A DNA stretch of 64,000 nucleotides. Origin: Isurus oxyrinchus (lineage: Eukaryota). Below, piece by piece: positions 51,590 through 63,420 of the stretch; the first letter of the stretch is position 1, and every line of letters begins with the position of its first letter. The notes under the pieces are model-generated. The model did not search any database, had not been told where the DNA came from, and saw only the letters and a program-made list of their open reading frames with translations. The stretch is taken from the NCBI GenBank assembly GCA_026770705.1, contig JANJGN010000034.1, positions 3,224,001 through 3,288,000 on the forward strand. The letters are read 5' to 3'. The position numbers and the translations under genes were made by a program.

Positions 51590-52050
51590 CGGAGGGGAAC
51601 ATTGAAAATTGCCGTTCTGGAGAGAGAGGTATTTCTGGTGGGATCAAAAATTGAGTGCAGTTCGCGAGAGCTAAGGAACAAAATAGTTACAAGTTCATTG
51701 CTCAGCGTAGCTGATAGCCCACAAACAAGGGGAAAATAAATGTAGCACCTTATTGGAATGAAATTACAAAAAAGTGCTAGAATTATCGAGCAATTTTATT
51801 GGGAGATTAAATTATTCAGCAATAGACTAGAATTGTAATCGTGCTAAAGGCCGAATAAGGCGAGAGTTCTTGGAGTGTATTCAGCAGAAATTTCTTTATC
51901 AGTATGTTTCCAGTCGAAAGAGAAAGGACGACTTGTTGGATCTCGTTACTGCCAATGAGTTGGAACAAGTGAAGCAAGTGCTGTAGGAAAGCATTTATGG
52001 ACAGCCGATCATGTAATGTTAATGTCAATAGACTAGCAATCCACACGTTC
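51590..52050 (+). mobile_element. CR1 ORF2 endonuclease fragment
   Basis: Translation EFLECIQQKFLYQYVSSRKRKDDLLDLVTANE matches the CR1 APE C-terminal part. Confidence 0.8.
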
Positions 52051-52199
52051 TGACGAATGGTCTGTTGGGCACGGTTTCAAACTCCACCTCCAGTACAGTA
52101 AATTCACGCCCCCTTTTTGCGGCACTGGCTGCTTTAATCTGGTAAGTAAAGGTTTCTAATCACACAAATCTATTTTGAAAACAATTACGAAGAATATGT

Positions 52200-52930
52200 A
52201 CGTGCGGAAGCTAAGTAGATAAGCAGGTAGAGTGAGAAAGGCTGAAGTGTGGCAAGATAATTAGTAAGAGAGTAGGGTGGATCAGGGGAAGCGAGGCAGC
52301 TAGGCAGGGCAACAGTTCGGCAGCTTGGTGAGGTCGATATGGTGGCAGGTGGGCAGGGTAGTAGGTGGTTACGTTGGGTAGATTAGCAGGTTTTTGAGTT
52401 AGCTAGTTTGGCAGTTGGTTAATATTGTTGGTGCATAGGGTTGTAGTTGGGTGCAGTGTTGGATAGTTGAAATGCTCATGGTCGAGAGCGTGGCAAGTGG
52501 GAGGGCTGGTTAGGGTGGCAGGTGGTTCCGATGGAAGGTGGGAAGTGTGGTATGTGGGCAGGGTGGAAGTTGTCTAATGTGGTCAGCATGTCTGGTGGCT
52601 AGTGTGGCAGATGTGTGAGATGGGTAAAATAGGAACTGCTTTGTGGGTAAGGTGGAAGGTTGGATGCTCGGTGAGAATAGTAGGGTTTTAAATCGTCCAA
52701 TTTGATAGGGTGACAAGGTGGCTGAGTAAGTAAGTGTGTCGGGGCTAGACAGCTAGGGTAGGGGCCTAGTCAGGTCGGGTTGGGTGAGAAAAGATGACCA
52801 GACGGGGGTGGTCGTGGAGTGCTAATGGCTATTGGCATGTCAGTATGGTTAGTCGGGGGGTCAGGAAGATATTCGGGAGGTCAGTCTGTGTATGGATGGA
52901 AGTCTGCGGTGTTGGTGTGAATGAATGGAG
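52200..52930. repeat. G/T-rich degenerate simple-sequence tract
   Basis: Recurrent ggtag/ggttg/ggtgg/ggcag words with strong C depletion. Confidence 0.75.
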
Positions 52931-55900
52931 GGTCAGTTTTACACTTACTGCATTGTTGACCAGTTTTCTTTTACGAATACATCATTTCCTACGTACGTAT
53001 CTATCTAAGTCAGTTGGAACTGCGAAAATTCTCTGACCCTAATCCAGAGTTAGAGCATTTTTCAGAGGATCTCGGAAACAGGGGAATTGTCCATTGGAAG
53101 CTGAAACTTCCCTCATATGCCCAGGCTTCCTTGTGTTGGGAATTCCGAGGGGTCCCGTGGAATATCTACTTGGTTACTTCTGCTCTTCATTTATTCAGAG
53201 ACTGGAAGATCTACATACACACATCAATCATCTGCCCACCCTACCCACGTCCCGGCTTATCTACTTACCAACTACACACTTACCCACATTTCCATCTACG
53301 CATCACACACACATCATCCCCTCCCACCGACTTACCAATTTATAAAGCTACCCTACGCACATTTAAAACCATACTGGCTTAAGTGTCTCACCACTTACCC
53401 CTCCTTCATGTACCACCTACTCCAACTCATTCATCCATTTATCTACTCACCCATTCATCCACTCACAATTATACTTTTCAATTCTCTTATAATGAGCTTG
53501 GACCTTTAAACTTATCAACGAGAGTCATGAATTTGACCCTCCTTTCTTATGCCACCTACTCCAGCTCCACAGTCAGCGAAGAAATCCTCAGTTACATAAT
53601 TCCAGCCTCTTAAGCATTTCCGATTTTAATGCCGCCAACACCGTTGGTCATGCCTTTAATTGGACTAGCACTAAGATTTGGAATTCCATGCCGAGATTCT
53701 ACCATCCCTCTACCAACCTTTCCACTTTAAATGTTAATTACCACATAGAAACCACAAATCTCTAAAAGGAAGGAACCTCCAGGTAGCAAACGGAAATAAA
53801 ACATCTGGAGGAGATTTTATGTCTAAGAATTTCACTATAAAAAACATTGATTTTTTGAACACGAATTAACAGGCAAAATATTTTTTCGGTAACAAAAAAA
53901 TACTTTGATTATTATGTCCTACACAGATTTACCTCAGCTAGTTTTGAACATTGAAATCTGTCACCACCTGCAAACTTAGTCTTACTAAATCGGAATCTAC
54001 TGTATAGAAACTGTCATTTTGCATTCAATTGATTTGGACCACGACTTACATTCACCAGCAGCTGCATTCCATCAGATAATGCCCGACACAGTTAACACCG
54101 ATATAACAGAAATCTATCAAACCTCGCTCATACGGGTCATGACAATTTGAATAACACAAATATCTTCAGGCGCTTAATCTCAGACACAATTAAATGGTCT
54201 GGTGGGCTCTGGTAACACTGAAGCAGCAGCAATTGTTCTTATCCTATTCAGAATCTCGACGCTTCAACTATCCAGCCTTTCCACCTGCCTACCACACACA
54301 CTGTCTGTTCTATCCTCAAAGACGTGCTTCACAACAAGGATCTGTTCGAAAGCTGCCAAGAAGAAAACTGTTCCATTCATTTAAAAAAAAACTTGCCCGT
54401 TTTCTTTTGCATTAATTTTCAGCGCGTTCTGAGTTGCCAATCAAAAATGCTGTCTGAAAACTAACAGTGGAAGAATTAACTTTCTCTTTCCAGTTTCTTC
54501 TTACCTGGTCACCCCTATGGCAACCTCAAGTCACATAGGCATTTTTTGGAAACTACTGTCGGCATAATCAATGAAAAACTTAGCCCTCTTTTCAGAATAC
54601 TCCCCAGTCCAATTTGATCTTAAAGGAAGCATCGGTGATATAATGTAGAAAGCCTTTCCCACAGGCAAATAAGTCATCATATAAGGCATGAGTAAAACAT
54701 AATCATTTGGCCATCGGTACAAATGTGGATTAGTGTTATTTATCTGTTGATCTTCTTGTTGTGATTGTGACCTAGATTATGGTCTTATCTTTTTTAGCGC
54801 ATCTGGAAAGCAGTAAGTGACAACGAACTACACACCTCCGCTTTTCCGGTGGAGGCTTTCAGTGGTGTAATAGTAATTTCACCTCGGTCACGGCCTGCCT
54901 GTAAAATTGGCCAAGCCATTAGGGCGGTTTTCCAGCGTGCTATTGATTATCCTATTTACATCATGCTCCTAAAAATTTACTTTCTATCTAAGGTGAATTT
55001 GTAGTTCGTTTCTCGAATCTGGAACTTTTTGGCTTCAATTTTAATCATTCAGCTGAGGAAACTGGTATAAACCGGCAAACCATTATAACCAATAATGTTA
55101 TCTTCGCTCCAATTGATGGCCATCGATGGCCATGCTTAATAAAAGAGTGAAGGTAAAAAGATCTTAGTTTTTGCAGAACATTTTTTAGAGCAATGAAAGT
55201 AAAATTGAGTGAAGTTAAACGTAAGTTTGTCGCTGCTGCGGAATAAATTTCACCTAGGGCTAGCCGACACATTTGCCTATGGCACCAGTGCAAAACGGTT
55301 GTTGTGTTTCTACTGATGATGCACAGCTATGCTTGTTCCAAGGATTCCTTACTGAAATTAAATTTAAACAAAAGAACCTGTTATTTTTGATAAAATTACG
55401 CACCAAAATTCATTGGCAAGTCAACCCTACGGAACTCGTAATTCTGCCTGCATCCGTATTTTAATATTACTTCAATGAATTAACCGAGGTCACTCATAGG
55501 TGCAGGACAAAACTCATGTGTTAGGTCCTTTCCTTTGTTGAACATAGCTTTCTTTCCTGCATTAAGTCTAAACGACTTGACCACTCCAAATAAACAATAT
55601 GTATCATCTAGCTCAGTGGGGTTGGATGTTGCCGGGGCTGGAATATTACATCCTATTCCCCGGCCAGGTTGCAGTGTTTATTAATCAATGCATGATCTTG
55701 ATTTAATGCCTTCTGTGGGAAAAAATGACTGCACTGTAACCAGAGAAATTTCAAGTGCAACCTACAAGCAATTCCCCAGTTGTAAGCTTATGCATGTTTT
55801 TAATACAAGTTCTTACAGGAACAAAAACATGTCGTTCATTAACTCTTCCAAAGCAATGGAGTAGATTTCACAATCGTTAGTTTTCCTGTACGGTTGTTAC

Positions 55901-56554
55901 TCGGAATTACAGTGGTCATTGCACCAAAATGTTTGGTCACTCATCATTTGACAGATTTTCGGTGCAGCTCTGTTAAAACAAAGCAAACACGTGTCAATCA
56001 AACACTCTTAAACTTCACTTCTTTCTCCTAAGGGAGTCCTTACTTGAAGTTGTTAGACTTTGTGGCATTTTTACATTATGTGATGTTCTCTTTGGGCTAT
56101 AAAATATTTGGCAGTATCACACTGGGCAAATGTTTTGCCTGGCACCTGGGGAACAGTATAAAAAAAATCAACACTCCCTATTCTCACTCTCCTCAAATCT
56201 CCCACCTTGCTCGCACGCCCCCGTGTACATTCCATTGCCCAGCTCACATACTTCTCATTCTGTTTCTCCTCATACACCACACGACTGAACTGTTGGCTCC
56301 TCCTTCACATCACAATAATTCCGCCTTTCGCACATGTAGTTTAAATGTACAGGCAGCATGGAAGATCCAAACAGCTTGCAGGCCTGAGCTTAAACGTGAA
56401 CAACCTTAAAAAATATACTAGTATCTCACATCCACTAAGCAATATCCTGGATAACTTCAAAGAACCTGCGGTTTGCAGAACTGGTACACGTGCATCTGCC
56501 AACATCAAAGGCAAGTATCCATTAATCATAAAGCAAATTACTCTCAATGCTGAA

Positions 56555-56735
56555 TTTCGGAAATAAAAACAGAAAATTCTGGAAAAAAGCTCAACGGTTT
56601 TGCCAACATCTGTGGAGAGAGAAAAGAGTTTACGATTTCAAAAATAATCATTTTGAACTCGAAACGTTAATTCAGCTTCCCACTCCAAAATGCTGTCAGG
56701 CCTGCTGAATTTGTCCACCATTTTTGTTCTTATCG
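56555..56735. mobile_element. Penelope-derived palindromic short repeat
   Basis: Left arm ataaaaacagaaaattctggaaaaaagctcaac is an imperfect inversion of the right arm gctgaatttgtccaccatttttgttcttat. Confidence 0.7.
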
Positions 56736-57258
56736 CTTTATCATGCCTCATATATAATTATTAACCAAATTCTTATCAGGGACATGCCGGGAAGAAAGCT
56801 TTAGGATTGCGTTTTATCTACATCGATTGATCAAATGCACCCCCAGCTGTTTGTACATATTTGGACACTATGCGCCGTACTCCAGGACATTACATGCATT
56901 GGGCCTTTCTGTTCAATCGGCTCTAATTTGAGAACTGGATCACTGAGAGCTCCTGAGTGGGGAGTACACCTGACAGTATGTGTAATCCAACGTCGACAAT
57001 CAGGTGTTGCGTTCAGTCATGCTGCTTAGTTCCACCTGTCCATTCTCAGGCCAACCCGTTCGGGGGACTTTATTTCACGTTCCCAAAAGCCTTGGCAAAG
57101 GAACAAAGAGTGTTATCATCTTCTGAAGCTCAACGTTTCTTGGCGGCCCTAAGATTTTTCTCGAAATTTCTTTGCATTCCTCTCTTCTCACAGTGTACGT
57201 CTTTTGCCAGGGCATAAACCTTTCTCCAGATGGTGCTTTCTGCTCCGGCAAGGACACA

Positions 57259-57320
57259 TTCTCTCTCTCTTTCCCTCTCTCTCCCTCTCTCTCTCTCTCC
57301 TTCACTCACATACACACATA
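57259..57320. repeat. (CT)n/(CA)n microsatellite
   Basis: Direct reading. Confidence 0.9.
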
Positions 57321-57569
57321 CGCACTATCTCTACCTCTCTTCATGCGTTCACTGTTCCTCGAATCGCAGTTGCGCATTTCTTGACTCTCTCCAGAGCAGC
57401 TCGCGCTTTATTTCACAACTTGGTGCTGAGACCAACCCTACACAGCGCTCACTGATAAGACCTGCCTGTTTATGTAAATATGCAGCTTCTTTCAGGTTTC
57501 GGCAGGTTCACGCAAACAATCATCTTAGATGGAATATTGCCGGATGCCATTCAACAATTTAAATATGAT

Positions 57570-57800
57570 CTTTGTATTCGTCCAACATTGCATGCAATGG
57601 CTGCACAGTGTAATAACTGCAGGGTGCACTGTAGCAACTCACCAAATAACATTCGGCAGTGCCTTACAAATGAGCTCACTTTAACAGCTATGCTGACTAG
57701 ATTTCCATTGCATGGGAACCAAATAACACTAAAACATGCGCCATCCTGACTTGATACCCATATCGGAATTTTGTCTCCGATGCTGGGTCACGCTCCTGGG
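57570..57800 (+). mobile_element. CR1/L2-clade LINE 3' fragment
   Basis: gtgcactgtagcaactcacc...gccatcctgacttga...tgctgggtca, colinear with 43010-43200. Confidence 0.7.
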
Positions 57801-57968
57801 AGATCATCAACCACATTGATTAAACCTTCCAAGAAAATGACAGCAAATTTAGTGACACCCAATGCTGAGCAGTAAAACTTAGATTTTGCTGGCATTGTTG
57901 AGATTTCGTGGAGGTGTACGCGAACACATGCTTTTTTAATAACATCACCGCCCCCATTTAATTCTTAC

Positions 57969-58004
57969 CTGCTTGTTTTTGATTTTCATTTAGCTTTGCT
58001 ATTT
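57969..58004 (-). CDS. Microexon E1 (36 nt, phase 1-1, class A) of unnamed coiled-coil gene; peptide (x)IAKLNENQKQA
   Basis: Minus strand reads ttgttcttttgcag|AAATAGCAAAGCTAAATGAAAATCAAAAACAAGCAG|gtaaga. Strong acceptor and donor, open in phase 1, and the start (ttgcag|AAATAG) is shared with E6. Confidence 0.85.
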
Positions 58005-59189
58005 CTGCAAAAGAACAATTACAACTTGATTTTAAAAGTTACTTGCAAATACGCCTAAACACTTTTATGGTTAATACTTGTGTATTTTTCTCTCCGTAAT
58101 CCTGAACATATTTCAGTCCATGAGGGCAGGTTGCGATGATATATGGGTGAAAAAAATCATGGCTGACTTTCGATATACAAATTCCAGTTTATATTGCCAG
58201 TTTCTTCTGGAGGATAGAGGGAGAGAAAGAGAGAAAATAAATGCGATTTTATAAACTACATTTTTATTAACTGAAAATAGTGTAAGAATGTTCTGGGCAA
58301 TCACATTATGCAATGTAAGCAAATGGTCATACAATGCCCGGCTAAATTTGGCTGAGGTGTAAAAACTGTCTAGAACTTTGAGAGACTGAAAGAAAAACTG
58401 TCCTGCTCTCACTTTTGAAAAAACCTCTAGGTTTTATGACCCACCAAGTGGGAGGAGCAATGCACTTCTATTTAAAACTCTAAACTTCGGCCTCAGCTTC
58501 AGTCCAGAAACCTCGAGATAATGCATTGAAGAGTCAGCTTGTACAATATGATTACGTTTCTACAGTAGGTCTTTAACCCACAGTCTTCTGGCTAAAACGC
58601 GTTATTAATTGAACCATGGTTGTGAACGTGATATAATAGCGCTCCTCAACAGAGCAATAAATCAGTGGACGGCATCACCAAAACAAAAATACTCCTTCTG
58701 TGCAGCGGTTGGAGTTTATAACTAGTATTATATGCTCAGTTCTCTGAAGTCTGGCTTGAACATAGTATTTTTTGATTATAGCTCAGAACTGAAATATTGG
58801 TGAAGGACAATCACCAAGGGAAAGTAATTTCAAGGAGAACGCTTTCGAAGTTTCCATTGGTTTCGAACTGAACTGGTTTACCTTGGAGAATAGGTTTACA
58901 TGAGGGAATTTTCACAAAACCAGACTGAGAATGCATATACAACTATATTGAAGTATTTTTTGTAACTCTGCTGTTAGGCTGCACTGCCTTATATGCACTG
59001 CAACTTAGGAAGGATATATTGATCTTTGTGGGCATGCAACACGAAACCACCAACAAGACATCTGGCATAGATGTGTTGAACTATGTGGACCAGTTCCAAG
59101 GGATGGAATTGTACGTCATTGAACGTTGATTTTAAGGTACTCTAATTGACTGGTTTAATCAGTTGGATAACCAACTTTAAATGTAAGGG

Positions 59190-60680
59190 GCATAAACTTC
59201 GGTGCCAACTTTCTATTGTTGCATGGGGGGCGAGTGTTCCTTTTTCGGTCATTACTGCTTCCCATGAGAAATTGACCATGAAGCACCTTCTTGAGCTGCT
59301 GCAGCTCATATCACGTACGTGCACCCACGATGCTATTAGAAATTAAGTTACAGGATTTTGCACAGCGACCTTGAAGGAACAGCGATATAGTTCCAAGTCA
59401 TGATGGTGTGCGGCTTGGAGGAGTAAAATGCAGGTGGGGTGCCCCGTTGCATCTGCTGCCCTTTTCATTCCAAGTGGTGAGGTTCGCGGGAATGGAAGCT
59501 TTTTGTCGAAGTAACATTAGTGAGTTGCTGGGATACATCTTATAAGCAGGGCTCTCACTCTGAATCGGTGATGCAGGGAGTGCATTTTGAAGGTGGTGGG
59601 CAGTTTGCCCGTCAAGCGGGCTGATTTGTCTTCGATCTTCTGGAACTGCTGGAGTGTTATTTGGAGCTGTGCTCATCCAGGCAAGTGGGGAGTATTCCAT
59701 CGCTCTCATGACCTGCCGATTTCAAGTAGTGCACTGTCTTACAGAGGTCAGGAGATGAGTTACTCTCCGCAGAATTGCCAGTTTCTCATCTCCTCTTGTA
59801 GCCATAGAATATATATGGCTTGTCCAGCTCTATTGTGATCAATGTTAATCCCAAAGTTGCACACAATGGGGGCTGGTAATGCCATTTCATGTCACAGGAA
59901 GTCGTTTAGCTTTAGGAGCTACCGTTTTGGTGATGCTCATTGCCTGCCACTTGCGTTTTTCGAATGCAACCTGCCACTTATCAGCCCAAGGCTGAATGTT
60001 TTCCAGGTCTGGCTGCATACTAATATTTCAGTACCTGAGATGTCACAAATTGTGTTGAACATTGAAAAAGTAATCCGATAATACCCCCACTTCTACGTTA
60101 TGACTGAGGGAAGATCATAGATAACACTGCTCAACATTCTTGCAGTTAAGACACCGCCCTGAGGAATCACTGTTAAATGTCCTAAGAGTGAGATGATTGG
60201 CCTTAAACAACATACTACGACCGTCATAGTGCTAACTATGACTCCAAAAGAGGTGAGAATCCACCCGGCCCCCATCCCGCACACGCGCAACCCCCTCCAC
60301 ATCACCTCCCGCCCGTTTTCCATTCAATAGGATAAATTGCTGACATACTCAGTAAAAAGCTACCTTGATGGCAAGGGGAGACATTCTCGCCTCACTTCCT
60401 GGGGGGAATTGTTCGTTCAGGTTTGGACCAAGGCTGCAATAAGGTCAGACGCTGAGTGGAAATGGCAGAATCAAACTTAGCTTCAGTGAGCACCTTATTG
60501 CTCAGCGACTGCCGTTGAATGCCACTGCTGATGAGGCAATCCATGGCTTTGCTGTTGATTGTGAGGAGACATCTGGGGGACATGAGTCATTTTTTAGGAA
60601 TGCAACTCCAGCTTTTTCCTGAAGTGCCACTAGATCTCGTGGGAATGCCGTGTCCAACCGATGACAGAATTCAATCAGTT
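59190..60680 (-). mobile_element. CR1/L2-clade LINE RT/3' portion
   Basis: Translation MRAMEYSPLAWMSTAP; reverse complement of the family seen at 42800-43350 and 44905-46059. Confidence 0.85.
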
Positions 60681-60799
60681 GTGCTGATGCTGGAACATTC
60701 TATTTTTATTCTGATTCTATAATTAGCATAAAATGGTAGAATTTCAAATTCATAATCAGTTATAGGTTGAGCAACTCCTCTCTCAAAGCCGTGTCCTTA

Positions 60800-62958
60800 C
60801 CTTAAAGAAGGGCAATTACACCGGTGAGAAGAAGGAATTGCGTAGAGCGGGCTGAGAAAATCGGCTAAGGGAAAGGACAGTGGATCAGCATGGCAGACAT
60901 ATAAGCAGATATTTCATTATGCTCAAGGGAAACATATCCCGGTCAAAAAGAAGAATCCTGTGAGAGGAATGAGCAACATATGGTTAATAAAGGTGGTAAA
61001 GGCGATTATCAAAAGCCAATGCATGCAATGCGGCCAAAACTAGTGCTAGGCCAAAGGAATGGGAATTTTTACGAACCGGCAGCAGATAAAAGAAAGGGAG
61101 AAAATTGATTATGAAAGTAAATTAGCAAGAAATGTAAAAACAAACAGCAAGTGGATCTACGAGTGCATAAAAAGAGTGTGGCTAAATTGACCGCGGGACA
61201 ATTGGAGGACACGGCTGGACAACTGATAACAGAGAACAGGGAAATGGCAGGTAACTTAAACTAATATTTTGCATTGGTCTTCATGGTGGATGACACTATA
61301 AACATCCCAAAGATTTCAGGTGAGCAAGGAACTAATGCGAAGAAACATCGGGTGACAGTCTCTATCACGAGCATCAAAGTATTTGAGAAACTAATGGGGC
61401 TAAAGGGAGCCAAGTCATCAGGACCTGATGACCTGCATTCAAGGGATTTAAAGGAAGTGGCTGCAGAGGTAGTGGCGAAATTGGCCAAAATATTCCAGAG
61501 CTCACGGGATTCCGGGATGGTCACAGCGGATTCTAAAACCACTAAATTGGCACTCCAGTTTAAGAAGGGAGGGAGGCAGAAAGCAAGAAACAATAGGTCA
61601 GTCAGCCTAACATCCATCGTTGGGAAAACGCTAGAGCCCATTATTAAATAAGAAATAGCATGATATTTAGAAAAAGTTTAACGCAATCAGAAGAGTCAAC
61701 ATGGTTTTCTGAAAGGGAAATCATGCTTGACAAATTTGCGACAGTTCCTTGAGGCTATAACAAGCAAAGTTGATAAAGCGGATAGGTGTAGTGTATTTGG
61801 ATTTCCAGAAGACATTCGGTATGGTGATAAGTCATAAACTTACAGTACTGTGTCTAATGGATTGAGGATTGGTTAGCACGCAGAAGAGAGAGAGAGAGAT
61901 GTGGTTAATGGGTATTTTAATGTTGCAAAAACGTAACTAGTGGAGTGTCGGAAGGGTCAGTCCTAGGGCCTCAATTATTTCAGATCCACATGGATGACTT
62001 GGAGGAGGGGCAGGTTAAAATGTATCCAAATTTGCTGACTATAGAAAAATAGCTGGGAAGGCATATTGTGATGAGCACATAGGAATCTGCAAAGCGATAT
62101 AGATAGTGGGTTAGTGGGCATAAACATGGCAGATGGAGGTTAATGTAGGAAAGTGTGATGCCATGCACTTTGATAGGCTGAACCAAACCAGGCTATTATT
62201 TAAATAGAGAGAGACTCCAAAAAGTGCAACACAGAATGGCCTGGGCATTCTGGTGCATGAAGCACAAAATGTTAGCATGCATGTGCAGCAAGTAATTACA
62301 AAGGGAAATTGAATCTTGGCCTGTATTTCTTGGATTTTGGTGTTTAAAAAATAGGGAAGCCTTGTTACGTCTGTGCAGGGTGTTGGTGAAGTTGCACTTG
62401 CAGTATTTGTGTAGAGTTTTGGTCCCTGTGTTTAAGAAAAGATAACATTGCATTGGAGGCTGTTCTAACGGGATTCATTACGCTGATTCCTCGGATGAGG
62501 GGGGTGACTTATTAATAATGACTAAAGGGTTTAGTTCCTTAACCATTAGAGTTTAGAAGAATGAAGTATGATCAGATTTAAATGTACAGGATTCCTAGGG
62601 GTCTTGCCAGGGTAGATATTGTAAACTTGCTTCCATTAGTTGGGTAATCTCGAACTAGGGGCATAGTAACAGAAAAAAAAAACGGGAAACACATTTATAA
62701 GTGACATGCAAAGGTTTTTCTTCACTCAGAGGGTAGTGGTTGTCTGGAATCTTCTGTCTCAGACTGTTGTGGAAGCTAGATCATTGGAAGGAGTTCTAAG
62801 AGCAGATAGGTATAATTTTGAAATTTAGTGGATTTGAAGCCTATCAAGAGGTGGCACGAAAGAGGCGTTGCTGCCTGGGGCAAATCAGCCACGATTGTAT
62901 TAAACGGCAAGGCAGGCTTCAGGGGACAAAGGGCCTTCTCCTGCTACTATGTCTTACG
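60800..62958 (+). mobile_element. CR1 LINE ORF2 (RT) to 3' end, about 2.1 kb, with stops and frameshifts
   Basis: Motifs KSSGPDDLHSRDLKEVAAEV...FKKGGRQKARNNRSVSLTSIVGK, QHGFLKGKSCLTNL, YLDFQKTF, GVSEGSVLGPQLF and KFAD, then the CR1 tail. Confidence 0.93.
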
Positions 62959-63169
62959 TCGTTATGCTCTAACTATTAATATACTATTGGGTAGTTCTCA
63001 CAGGTATGTCACAAGCCCACATATGTAAAACAGGAAGAGTTTTCAAGGTTGACAGGATTGGCCGTGTCCTTGTTGCTTCTGGTTCTAGGTCGATTCTTTT
63101 CTCCGTGCGGCTTCATTTCATTATGACTTTTCTGCAGTGGCATGATACCAGTGAGTGTTGTTCCCTTGT

Positions 63170-63420
63170 GCCTGTCCAGACCAAGGCCAGATGAAAGGTG
63201 GCAGATGCTGTTCCCCTAAGGGAATTGCTGGAATATATGGGTTCTTATGGTAATCGATGCTGGCTGTCATGGTCAAGATTGATGAGACTGGACTTTTGAA
63301 ATCTAGATCTATTACTTGAATTTTAAATCGACCAGTTCGCATGATAGGATTTGAACCCCTGCCGCCATAGTGTGGGCCTCTGAATTGCTGGCCGAATGAA
63401 CTTATCATTGTGCCACTCTC
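63170..63420 (-). mobile_element. tRNA-derived SINE
   Basis: ggatttgaacccc is a reverse B box; colinear with 27900-28150. Confidence 0.7.

Noticed and set aside
58169-58207. 39/36-nt in-frame candidate upstream of E1 with a strong acceptor
   Set aside because: Weak donor (aaa|gtcagc) and a non-coil peptide (ETGNINWNLYIE). The acceptor may simply be a CT-rich simple repeat.
58940-58966. 27-nt minus candidate ELQKILQYS
   Set aside because: The acceptor lies in a CR1 remnant, the donor is weak, and joining it to E1 would create TAA.
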